64,000 nt of DNA from Camelus ferus (Eukaryota). The stretch lies in assembly GCF_009834535.1 (NCBI RefSeq), contig NC_045727.1, positions 11,222,001 through 11,286,000 of the forward strand, written 5' to 3'. The notes under the pieces were generated by a model. That model was given only the letters and a program-made list of their open reading frames with translations. It searched no databases and was not told where the DNA came from. The translations under genes and the position numbers were made by a program. Below, one piece after another: positions 53,189 to 64,000 of this stretch; the stretch's first letter is position 1, and each line of letters begins with the position of its first letter.

Positions 53189-55157
53189 TCACTGCTGCGG
53201 GGGTTGTGGCTGCTCCTCCGGGAGGGGCAGGTAATTGGGGTCCTCCTCTGGAGTGTCCAGTAGCAGCTTCCTGTCGGGAGGGGCCCAAGCTGAGCTGCAG
53301 CCAGCAGGGTGCCCCATGAGGTGGGGGAGCCACCTGAGGCCAGGCAGGGAGGGCGTCATCCCAGCACTCACAGGAAGCCGGGGGTCAGCAGCAGCCTCTT
53401 GCCTCCTGGCTGGTTGGGGAAAACATCCTCCAGGAAGTAGTAGATGTGGCCCACAGCGATCCCTGCGGAGATCCACCAGCTGCCGAGGCCACCCTCCACA
53501 ATCCAGAACCTGCTCTGGGACTCCATAGTGCCCAATGTCCTGCACAGATGGCCAGCCCAGGGTGGGACCAGGACTGGCCCGGAAGTGGGCAGGACCAGGG
53601 GCGGGGAGGGCCTGAAAAATCGAAGGAGTGGGAGCCTCAAAGCAGGAACCCTGACCCACCTGTCCCCACCTAGGTAAGGACCTACAGAAGCATCAGCAGG
53701 TCAGGCCTCAAGAAGTGAAACCTACAGTACAGGCCAGCTGGAAGTTCCAGGGGCTGGAAGAACAGGAGCCATGAGGGTGGGGAGACGGGGTGGGGACACA
53801 GATGAGAGGTCCAGTGCCAGTGGAGGGAGGGCTCTGGCTGAGCAGGCCCTCAGGTCCCAGACAGCCTGCCAGAGGAGGGCAGGGTAGACAGCAGGCTCAC
53901 CCAGCAGGTCCACAAGGATGGAGTTGCCCAGCAGCATTGAGAAGCCCATGAGCGCCCAAGGCAGGAATGGTGCCTGGAAGGTGAGGAGGCCGAAGAAGTT
54001 GACCCTCACCCGGGGGCTGCGGCGGCTCCACACGTACACCAGCATGGCCGTGAGGGCCTGGCCCAGGAAGAAGAGGCTGCCCAGGAGCCCCAGCAGCTGG
54101 GCCAGAGTCAAGGCCTCAGGCCCTGCCCAGGGCCCCTGGGACTTCTAAACCCTGGAACCCTCCTGCTGGTTTCCCTTCCCCTATGGCCCGCGTGTGGCCT
54201 TCCCAGTCCAAGGCCACATTGTGGCCTCCAGGCACCACCTGATCTGCCCTGCCTCTCCACCTCACCCCAGCCCCGCGCCACTGCCCGTCCCTACCCCAGC
54301 TCCTCCTGGCTACTGGCTCTCTGGGCTCGGCCCCCAGGCCCATCGCCCTCTTTTCTGCGCACCACCCTAAGGTGTGTTGTGTACAGCACTGGAGATCTAG
54401 CCCTGGCATCTACAGCTGAGCACGCGCTGCACGCTCAGTACATCCTAAGCTGGAGGGAAGGACTCCGTCTCGGGCCGGCGCTCAAGGAGGGGCCCCAGAG
54501 CCAGCACCGGCCGGGCCCAGAGNNNNNNNNNNNNNNNNNNNNNNNNNNNNNNNNNNNNNNNNNNNNNNNNNNNNNNNNNNNNNNNNNNNNNNNNNNNNNN
54601 NNNNNNNNNNNNNNNNNNNNNNNNNNNNNNNNNNNNNNNNNNNNNNNNNNNNNNAGGAAGTGCCACCGGGCGGGGCCTCAGTTTCCCGGCTCCCCGCCGC
54701 CTCCCCACCCCGGCCTGGCCCGCGCAGGATACACGAAGAGCATGTTGAAGAAGAAGCTGAATCCCAGGGGCCCGAAGAACAGGAAGTTGGTAACGAGCCT
54801 CCAAACCTGCGAGGGGCGGGCGGTCATGCGCGAGGCGGGCAGGGAGGGCGGGGCAGGCAGGTGCAAGGGGCGGGGTGGCCTCACCTGGAACTTCCGGAAC
54901 ACGAGGTGCGGGTTGAAGTAGAGTTGGAAGGGGCTGAGGAGCTCCAGCTGCTGCGGAACCAGGGGCGCGTCAGGGGCTGGCCCTCGGGGGGCGGGTCCAA
55001 CCAAGACCACGGCAACCCCCGGGGCTGTATCCCTGGCGACGCCCCACCCGTCGGGTCCACTCACCACGGCGGCGGTGGTGAGGACGCAGGCCGCGGTGTA
55101 GGTCCGCGTCACCGCTGGCACCTGCAGGAACTCGGTCGCCAGACCCCGCCACGCCAT
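53189..55157 (-). CDS. DERL3: Derlin-3, about 231 aa. Exons 55157-55065, 54950-54885, 54806-54733, [exon 4 in gap 54523-54654], 54096-53901, 53462-53372, 53270-53189
   Basis: [31 protein letters not shown]|[22 protein letters not shown]|[24 protein letters not shown]..|[26 protein letters not shown]...|..[20 protein letters not shown]..|[26 protein letters not shown]. Phases require a missing exon of 3n+1 nt (94 nt in human). Confidence 0.96.
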
Positions 55158-55468
55158 TGAACCTTGTGAAACACGCGTGTCCAGATAGCCCGCGCTCTCT
55201 TTAACCCGCCTCTAAGCCCCGCCTTCCCGCCTTCGGCTAATCCGCGTCGGAGGTGCAGCCCGCCAGGGCTTGAGGGCGGGGTCTTGGGGCAGGTAGCCAA
55301 TAGGAGGAGGAAGCGGGAAGCCGGGGGCGTGGGCGGGTCGAGACTCGGGGCCAATGAGCAGGCCCCATGGTTGAGCACGTGGCAGTTGTTGTGGTGCCCG
55401 CGGAAGCCACGCGGGAGAACATATGGCCAAATGAGGAACTAGACGCTTCGCGGCAAGCCAGGGGAGGA

Positions 55469-55487
55469 CCAATAGCGAGGACCCACG
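55469..55487 (+). promoter_or_regulatory. Perfect ER-stress response element CCAAT-N9-CCACG upstream of DERL3 (a 1-mismatch copy, CCAAT-N9-CCATG, lies at 55351-55369)
   Basis: CCAAT agcgaggac CCACG, about 310 nt upstream of the DERL3 ATG. Confidence 0.85.
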
Positions 55488-55899
55488 GGGCAAACACAGG
55501 GGCGGGGCTGGCATTACTGGTTAGAAGAGAAAACCGGATCGAGGCACCGGGAGACTGAATGGGCGGGGCCCTGCGGGCGGGGCGGAACCGGTCTTCGGCC
55601 GCACGGCTCTGTTGGCTCACCTGGGCTGCCTGGCGGCCCGGGCTGTCCTTCCCTCCGAGAACCAGAGGCAGTGCCACCTAACCTACAGCAAAGGAGGAGC
55701 TCGGCTGCGTGTCCAAATCCCCGAGCGTAAACAGGCCCGCTGAACCTACCTGCCCCCGGGGGAGCCCCACGATGGCCACCAGAGGAGGGGCCAGACTGGG
55801 ACTTAACAGCCCCGCTGGGACGAGGGTGCCAAGGCCGACTGGCGCAAGTGGACGGGATGGAAAAGGCCTTGTTATTTTGGTGGAAAAGAGAAACTCCAT

Positions 55900-56520
55900 T
55901 TAGTCATTCTAATGAACAGTCAATCATTTACTGAGTACCGACTGTGGGCTAGGCACCGTTCTGGATGCTTCAAACACAGTAGCCAACAAAAGATGCTATC
56001 CTTCCTGGTGGAGCCAAAGGAGCCATGGGTTTGTGTTAAAATGAGAGTGAGTTTGCAGAACAGTGCGCTGACAGGGGTAGCAGCCAAGTGGAGGCTGGGG
56101 GGTTGGGTAGCGGCCCCATGCTAGATGGGGTGATCTGGGAAGCCTCTGTGAAGAAGTGATGCTTGACTGTCACTTTATAAAGATCCCTGCAGCTGCTGTG
56201 AGGACAGTAGACTGCCAGAGGAATCAGTGAGCAGGGGGAGGATGCAAGGGATGTGGGTGGGCAAGGTGGAGCCTGGAGGGCCAGGAGGAACAGGATGTGG
56301 GTTTGCCAGCAGATTAGGCAGAGCCCTGAGAGAAGAGTCAAGGGTGACTTTCAGGCCTGAGCCACAGGGTGATTGAAAGGCGGTGTCCTCTACTGAGCTG
56401 GAGAATGCTTGAGGGGAAGGCAGGCAGAGGGAGAGTCCTGTTCTGACCTCACTGAGTTTGGGGTATCGTATGACATCCGCCTGGAAAAATCCAAGTGTGG
56501 TTTTGGAGGAAAGGCCAGGC
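55900..56520 (-). mobile_element. LINE-2 3' fragment
   Basis: gtcaatcatttactgagtaccgactgtgggctaggcaccgttctggatgc...gagaagagtcaagggtgactttcaggcctgagc...ctcactgagtttggggtatc. Confidence 0.75.
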
Positions 56521-59500
56521 AGGCGGTCCCAATGTAGGTATCAGTCCTCAGCAGACCAATGACATTTACAGGTTTGGCCCTGCATAAGATGCCCAAGGGG
56601 CAAGGCTGGATGGAGAAGGGGCAAGGCCAGGCCTAGGCAGCCAGGGGTGGCGGGGCTGCAGCAGAGCCAGGAAAGGGCTTCAGGAGCGAGGCAGTGAGAA
56701 GCCTGGGGAGACATGGCCTTGGAAGAGACTGAGAGGTGCAGCCACACCAAAGGTCCCTGGATAATGGCAGGCATGAAGGAGAGGAAGGTGCCCAGATGGA
56801 CCTGCCTTTACCAAATGGGAACTCAACCTTGGATGTGAGTGTAGCTGATGAGGGAAGCCCTAGACAGGGTCCTGAGCCCCCAGAGGAGACTGTAGTGGGG
56901 AGAACCGGCTGAGAAATTTACCTCAGGTGGATCCCACGAAGACTAGGGGTTCCCCTGGGGAGTGACTCAAGGAGCCCCACTCGGGGGGAGAGGGAGGGGA
57001 GGGAGAGGCTGGGAGTGCTGAGAGGGATATGTGCCTGGTTCAGGAGTGAAGAGAGGTCAGCCTGCTACAGCAGGAGCTGGACCAAAGTGCTGCGAGGCTG
57101 GGTGTTGGGAGCAGGCCGAGAAGCCCCTCGGACAACCTCTGTTCTCCAGTGAAGCAGGCTGAGGTCACGTCTGAGGTGAGGTGAGCCCAGCAGAGTGAAT
57201 CCCACCCAGGAGGCAGCATGGCAGCCAACTGGGCGGAGACCCAGAGCCTCAGACACCACGGTGGGTGCCGGCCCTTGCCAGGCTGGAAGGAGCCAGCCAG
57301 GGGGGTTGGGTTTCTTGTCTGGTGGGGAAGGGGAGGCCTTCCTGCCCCCAGGCCCTTAGCAGCTGGCGCTGCCTGGCCCTCTGCTCAGGGTCAAGCTGGG
57401 GCCAATGGGAGGGGCTGTCATTGTGCTGGGGGGGTCTGTCTCTCCCCTTCCATGGGGCTGATGGGGCTGATAAGGCAGGAGCCTGGTTTTCAGGAAGAGA
57501 AGCACATTCCTGGGAGGCTGGAGCCCAGGATGGGGGCAGCCAGCTGGGCGGGGCATCCAGGGAGCAGGGCTGAGTTCTCCTGCTGAGCTCCCTTCTCAGA
57601 GCCCTGGGGTATCCTCAGGTCGGGGCTGAGGCCCAGCAGGAGACACTGCAGGGCCAGGGGCTGACCTCCATCACCAGTCCTGGCTTTCCTGTCCAGTGTC
57701 AGGCCCAGGACAGGCCACTCTGGAGGCACCAGGTCCACTCTTCCGACCCCAGCCTCCTCCAGACACTTACATATGGAGAGAAGCCCTGGGCTCCACGTGT
57801 CCCCAGGGGCCTAGGTGACACAGGCAGGCGAGCGTGCTGGTTGGTGATGGCTATTTAGACCTCCTGGCTGGGCTGCCTTCTCTCTCTCGGGCTCTCTTGA
57901 GGACTATGGCAGAAGGAGGGCCCATGGTCCCCAGGCAAGGTGACGATGGGCCTGCCCTCCAATCCACCTCACTGCCTCGGGCCCCTGTCTGCTGCAGAGC
58001 AATGAACCCAGGAGTCCTCAGGTCTGGGGACACCCAGAGAACCCCTGAATCCCCTGTCCAGTCTCTCCCAGTGCCTACAGGCAGGATGGCACTCCTGTGT
58101 GCCCTCAGCCGGCCATCCTTCTCACAGGCCTCACACTCCAGGAGAGACACTCATGAGCCACCAGTGACAACCCTGAAACCTGAAGCCATCCCTGCCCTGC
58201 CTCTCCCCAGCCCCACAGAACTCTCCAGTCCTTCCCTCCCCTCTAACAGACCTCCACCACGGCCACCCCTTATTCAGGCCTCAGCATCTCTCTTCCAGGA
58301 CTGCATGCATCTCTGACTCCTTCATTCACTTATTTCCCTCCCTCCTGGCTGAGATGTTCTTTTCAAAGGAGAGGGAGGGAGGGTGGTGGAGATGCTCCCT
58401 ACTCCAAGAAGCCCTCCCTGAAGGGACCAGAGCTCATCTACCTCTTGACAGGGCCCCACACCCTCAGTGTTTAAATGTATTTTATTCCAAAGGCAGCACA
58501 TGTCTGTGGTAACAAGCGGGAAGAAGCAGAAACAAGGTGACTGCGGGAGGCACTGGTTTTCCTTTGACCCACATGTGGTACCCCTCACAGGGCCTTTTCT
58601 CAGAGGCTGTGAGCTCAATGCCCAACCCCTCCCGGCACATGGACCCCCGAGCCTGGACCCCCGAGCCGTGGTGGGTGGGCCTCGCTGCAGCTCCAGCCAG
58701 CACTTCCCAGGAGCAGCTGTGTCCCCAGCGGCCCTTCCTGTCTGGGTCCTGGGTATTTTTAGCACTGAATCCGGAACCCACTGGGCAGCAGCTGCTCATG
58801 GCCGGAGCACACAACAAACTGTCCAGGTGTGCTGTGTTGGGCCAACCCCACGGCGGTACAGGGAGAGACCTCGGCCTGGCCCTCTGAGCCTGGTATTGGA
58901 ATCGACTTTCCAGGAATTTGTGGGTCTCTGGGTGGGATGGAGAGGGAGGAGGCAGTCAGTGGGGAGGATGAGTAGGCATAAGCCAGGCCCTGCAGGAGAA
59001 CAGCTCATGCAAAGGTCCTGAGGTAGCATGGAGGGACAGCGGCAAGGGGAGGAGTCATGTGCCATGTGACGCTGGCTGAGCAGGGCCCTGTAGGCTGTGG
59101 TCTCTGTCCCAAGGGCAGTGGAGCGCCTCGGGAGTTTTCAGCCTGGTGGGAAGGTTAGGATCAGATGGCAGCTCTTTGGAGGAAGAGGAGCCAGGAATAG
59201 AAGCAGTGGTCAGAGTGGAGGATGGCAGCAGGCACATGACAGCAAGGGAGTGAAAGGACCAAGGATGTGGAAGGCACAGCCCTTAGCGTTTGGCAGAGGG
59301 GTGAGATGTGGGAGAAGCCCAGGTTTGGGATGGAGACCACCACTGGTTTGGGACAGGCGGAGTTTGGGGTGCGGTGGGGACAGAACCACCTCCAGGAAGT
59401 CCTCCTGGCGTCCCCAGCCCAGCCCTCCCAGCTCCTTGTCGTACATACACGTACATGCACGTTGTGGCCCTTCTCCAGCTGTGGTTTGGAGGTAAAACCT

Positions 59501-61899
59501 CTCTGCTGCCTCTGGGCTCCTGGGATGTCTCTGACATGCGACTCTGCCCCTTGAGTGCTCTCCTGCTGAGCAGCTGGGGCACAAGGCTCTCCACCTGGAC
59601 CTTGGTTTCTCAGTCTCTGACCCTCTGTGGCTGGATGAGATGGTTCCTCTCCAGCCCCAGCCCCAGCTACCAGGCCAGCCTGACCTTCAACGCCTGGCTG
59701 TCACCGCCCACCCTCAGCAAATGCTCCTCAAATCCCACTTCCTGCTGTGGCCACTACCCCGCACGTCAAAGCCACCTCCAGCTGGTGCCCAGGGCCTCAG
59801 AGCAGCTGGCAGGCACTCCCCCTCCTCTGCCTCAGCTATTTTTGGGCTCAGTGTGGCTGTGCGGCTGTGTTTGGAAGATTACCTGATTGACAAAGTCAGC
59901 CAAATGGCAGGGCCGGGGACACAAGCTCACGGAGACAGGAGCCTGGAGACACAGTGAGGAGACTACGCGGCCCCGTGCGGGTCTGAATGCCTGGGGATGC
60001 ACGTGGGATCTGGTCTGTGTGGTCCTGGGTCGGGGGTGGGACCTGAGGCACACTGTCTTATGGTCTTCCTACTTGTCACCTGCCGGCCAGATCAGCAGGC
60101 AGCTCTGGTCTGTGGCCTGGCGGGGACCTGGAACCCTTGGTTAGAAGTAGTGACTCAGCACCCCAAGCAGGCAGACAGACAGGCTCGGAAAGGCCCAGGG
60201 TTTACCCATGTCCCACCTGGCCTGCACCACCGACACCTCTGCCAAGCAGCCCAGGCCCTGCTCACACACATCCGGAAGGGTGAGCCCCAGGCCAGGTGCT
60301 CACCCAGCCACAGGAACCCTTGTTGCCCTGGAGATACCACCACAAGCCCTGCCCCCACATTTTGCTCTAGCCGGTCTCCCAGCCTCAGATGCCCTTGACT
60401 TGCATGAGGTATTGGGGCCTCTTTAAGAAAACAAACGCAGTTACAAATGCAAGATTAGGTAGGAAACTGAATCTCTGCTTAGAATGAGGACACCAACAAA
60501 ACAAGTGACAAGTTCACAAAAACTAACAAATAGCCCTCAATATCAAATTCAGAAAAAAATTCCCTCCCTGGTCACAAGCTTGCAGTTAAATGGCCCCCTG
60601 TGCCCAGGTCAGGCAGCGGCTGGTGAAGGAACCAGCGTGCGTTAACCAGGCGCTCTGCACTGCTGGGGAAACTGGGGCTGGGGTGTGGGGAGGAGGTGAG
60701 CTGCCTGTTCAGCTCCACCCCAAACCTGCACTAGGTGGCCCAGTCCCAGGGGACCAGCCACTGTGATGCTCCCCTTCCCCACTCCATGGGCCCTGCTGGC
60801 AGGGGGCTCCCCCCCGACCAAAAAATGCAGGCGTCAGAGCTTCAGAGTCTGGTCTAACCGCCATCCCCACCCCCTGCCTCCCACCCTTCCCCTCCAGATG
60901 TGGGCACAGCTGTATTTTTAGAACAGCCAACCACGAGGACATTCTTTCCTTCTAATTAAGATGGATTCAAAGCCCCTATCTGCAATCAGCCCGACTGTTC
61001 AGTCCTCAAATATCAAAGGGTGGCCAGGAGGGGCAGTTTAGCTGGTTGTTCCTTGGGATTTTTTCTTTCTTTTGAATCATTATGTTGGAAATGACCCAGA
61101 ACTGGGGTGGGAGCCAGCTCTGAGAAGGGAAGCGAAGGAAGATTTGGCGCAGAGCCTGCAGGAGCTGCTCCTGGGCCTTGCCCTCCATACCCCTGCCCAG
61201 GCTGGGACTGTCCAGCTGGGCTGAAGCACCCCAAGGTTCAGCCCCCATGGGCAAGGTCTGTCTGGAGATCAAGAGAGGGCTGGGTTCCTGTCCACAGGAT
61301 GTCCAGTGCAGGGACAGTTGTTATGATGTCCCCATTCTACAGGTGAGCAGACGGAGGCTGGGAGATGGAAAGTAATTGTTGGAACTGCAGGGGCCCCATT
61401 GGCATCAGCTGCAGCCAGTCCTGTGGCTGACCTGCTGTGCTTGGTGGTAACTCAGTGCCCACCCTGGCAGCCTGGTGCCCAAGGTCAGCTGGCATCCTGA
61501 GCTCCACCCAGTGCGCCCTCTGGAGGCTCCCAGCATTGGGTAGAGATGCCAGTCCAAGTGGGAGGAACAGGGAAGGCCTCAAGGAGGAGGGGGCTGCCCC
61601 CAATCCCGCAGTCCTTCCTGAAAACCACAGCTGACAGACGAGGGAACTGAGAGCTCAGAGAGGAGGCAGTGGGGCCAGAGCAGCTTAGCCCTCTGATCCG
61701 GGCAGGCACGAATCCCGATCATCTGCGGTGGGGCCCCACCCACCACTCATAGTGATGGAGGCCTGCTGAGCCCTGTTGGAGAGCCCTGGCTCTAGGGGTT
61801 AGGCAACTGCTCAGACCTCTGTCCCACCCGTCATGGAACAGAGAGGAGAGGCACAAAGCGACGCAGAGGCAAGGGGCTGGATGCCAGGCCTCCCAGCTC

Positions 61900-62700
61900 C
61901 CGCCCAAAGCCATGGCCTAACTGGCCGCGCGCAGGCTGGGTGCGCAGGATAAAGGAAGCAAAATTACTTGGGGTGCGTGGAACAGGGGATGCCTGGGCTC
62001 AGCCAGGACTCGGCGCCCAGGGGTGCCTGGCACCTGGCGGGGCCCCTGACGTGGGCCTCTGTTTCCCTGCCACCGCGCAGCCCCGGGAGGTCCAGCGACC
62101 GCCAACCCAACTCCCGCAGGCCTGGGCTTTGTCGCCCCCTCGCGGCCGCAGCCGGTCTCGGCGGCGCGGGCGGATCATGGGAAACTGGCGGGGGCGGCCT
62201 GAATGGATCCCCCGTGGGTCTGGAGGCCAAATCCCTGGAGGGGGGCATCCGTGGGCCCGGGTAACGGCAGAGGCATCTTCTGGGGCAGACCCGGGTCGGC
62301 CAGGCGGCCCAGCCGCTTCTTTGCGGCTAGGAGCAACGGCGGCTCGGTGGGGTGTGGACCCGGTGGAGCCCTCCAGCCAGCTTTGCTGTATCTATTCCTT
62401 TAGGTGCGAGCCACGCTGCTCCCTGCCTCCTGCTGAGTACCAGGGGCTGGTCCCCCACCTTCCGCTCCCCGCCCTTTCTGGGCCTCAGTTTCCCGGTCTA
62501 CAGAGAGCCCCCAGAGTGTAGGACCGAGCGCGGGGCGTGGCTCCCACAGCGATGGAGGGGCGTCACGCCCACATTGGCCACCAGCTGGGAGGTCTTGAGA
62601 GCTAGTGGGCGTGGGGCCGGCACCCCACCTCCCCTGCCCTCACCTCCACCTTCTCACCGGGAAAACCGAGAGTGAGTGTGAATCCACGCGGGAAGCCCCA
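61900..62700. promoter_or_regulatory. CpG island, probably an upstream SLC2A11 promoter region
   Basis: High CpG density about 1 kb upstream of the putative SLC2A11 first coding exon. Confidence 0.5.
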
Positions 62701-63651
62701 TCCGGGAGGAGGAGTCAGGGGCGTTCTTTTCACGCTACCTCGACTCCAGCGGAGCGAACTGGCCAAGCTGCCCCATCCCGCAGGGTCTGTACCGGACTCA
62801 GAGATCTGACAGCCTGGCCAGACTCCCACCAGAGCTGTAGGCCCCCGCCCCTCGTGGAGTCTCAGGGACTCCTCTGCGAAGGAGCCTGAAGCCACCCACG
62901 TGTGGTTTGTTGAGAGGATTAGCCATCAGCCCCTTGGCAGCTACAAACCCTCACGACCTTAACTTTCACATACTCAAGGTTAAGCTCCCAGCTAATGCTT
63001 GCCAAGGAGAAACCTCAAGCTTCCTTGTTTCAGGATAATAATTAATGGCCGGGGAGCCCACACACTGGGGGTCAGACTCCAGCGAAGAGTTCAGGCGGCA
63101 TTTCAGGGAGAACCAAGGTGGGGTGGGGGTGGGGCAGCCGGGTATTATCACATGATCTCAGTAGATGCAGAAAAGCATGAAGTTAGCAACTGCTAATATT
63201 TTATTGCATTTTCCCTTAAAAGTGCATGGTGTTTTGAAGAAACTTTGAAAAGTTCAGATCAGCAAAAATAAAGCAAAAACTAAGCAGGAGCAATAGAGAC
63301 ACTGCAGTATCCATTCTGATGTACTCCTACCATAGTCTTTGCTCAGGTGACTTCCTAGGGTCACTGTCAGATCTGTTTCTATGACCACAAATAACATCTT
63401 TGGCAAGTCTGGTTTCCATCTGGCCTTAGTCCAACTCCTGGATTCCACGCAGGACCTGGGAAGCCCTGAGAAATAAAAGATTAATCTGGCCCACTGGGCC
63501 CTGTGGTTCCTCACCTTACAGGGGCCACTGGACGGGATTAATATTGGCACATAGGCCGGGCCGCCCTCTCGCGCAACGGATTCCACGGCTGCAATCCGAG
63601 ACCGGTTCTCCTGTCTGCTTTCCAAGTCACGGGCTCTGCCAGGACGGACAG

Positions 63652-63672
63652 ATGAGAGCACTCCAGGGACTG
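63652..63672 (+). CDS. SLC2A11: Probable first coding exon of SLC2A11 (GLUT11, MRALRRL-type isoform). The rest of the gene lies beyond the window
   Basis: ATG AGA GCA CTC CAG GGA CTG|GTGGGT = MRALQGL with a phase-0 donor, compared with the human isoform start MRALRRL. Syntenic position after DERL3. Confidence 0.7.
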
Positions 63673-64000
63673 GTGGGTCTGCCTTTCGTCTCTCTTAATA
63701 CTGTTCCTCCTCCAGGGAAAGGGTGGAGACACCTGGACTGGAGGAGAGTGGGGATGTCTGTGCAGAATCAAGGGCTCTGCCCTCAGAGTGCTCGGGGACG
63801 GGGTCCTCCCGGCGACAGGGGCCTCCTTGGCCCTGGTGGCGGGCAAGGGCGCCAGATGAGTGGGAGAGGAGGCCGGGCCGAAGGGCTGGTAGGGGGTTCG
63901 AGGGGCGGGGCGCAGGAGGGACCAGCAGGGAGTCACTCTGAGGCGGCAGCGGGGGAGGGGACGTGGGGACGAGGGGCCAGGGCCGGGATTTCAGGCAAGC

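Noticed and set aside
57765-58486. Strong minus-strand donor (GTAAGT, 57770-57765) and minus-strand AATAAA (58486-58481) between DERL3 and SLC2A11
   Set aside because: The order is wrong for one transcript (signal upstream of donor), and no coding homology was recognised.
62340-62410. Possible remnant of another SLC2A11 alternative first exon (MLHALLRSRM type)
   Set aside because: No ATG in the right place and only weak similarity recalled from memory.

Overview
Mammalian genomic DNA, syntenic with human 22q11.23. Gene order: ZNF70(-), VPREB3(-), C22orf15(+), CHCHD10(-), MMP11(+), SMARCB1(+), DERL3(-), and at the far end a probable first coding exon of SLC2A11(+). I rebuilt the exon structures by hand from splice sites and translation. 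Exon phases join correctly, and the lengths match the human exons as I recall them. Three tRNA-Ala-derived SINEs suggest a camelid genome (inference). Three of the four N-gaps fall on coding sequence: ZNF70 fingers 1-3, SMARCB1 exon 2 and DERL3 exon 4. I found no convincingly new multi-gene system. The most interesting observations are an orphan poly(A)-tailed 3'UTR-like insert in the ZNF70 intron, back-to-back poly(A) signals shared by C22orf15 and CHCHD10, two U12-type introns flanking the gap-hidden DERL3 exon 4, lineage-specific coding and UTR duplications (CHCHD10, SMARCB1), a mouse-like Met-turn proline in MMP11, and several clear regulatory elements (octamer, DR1, ERSE). Comparisons with human or mouse sequences and all repeat family names come from memory and need database confirmation.
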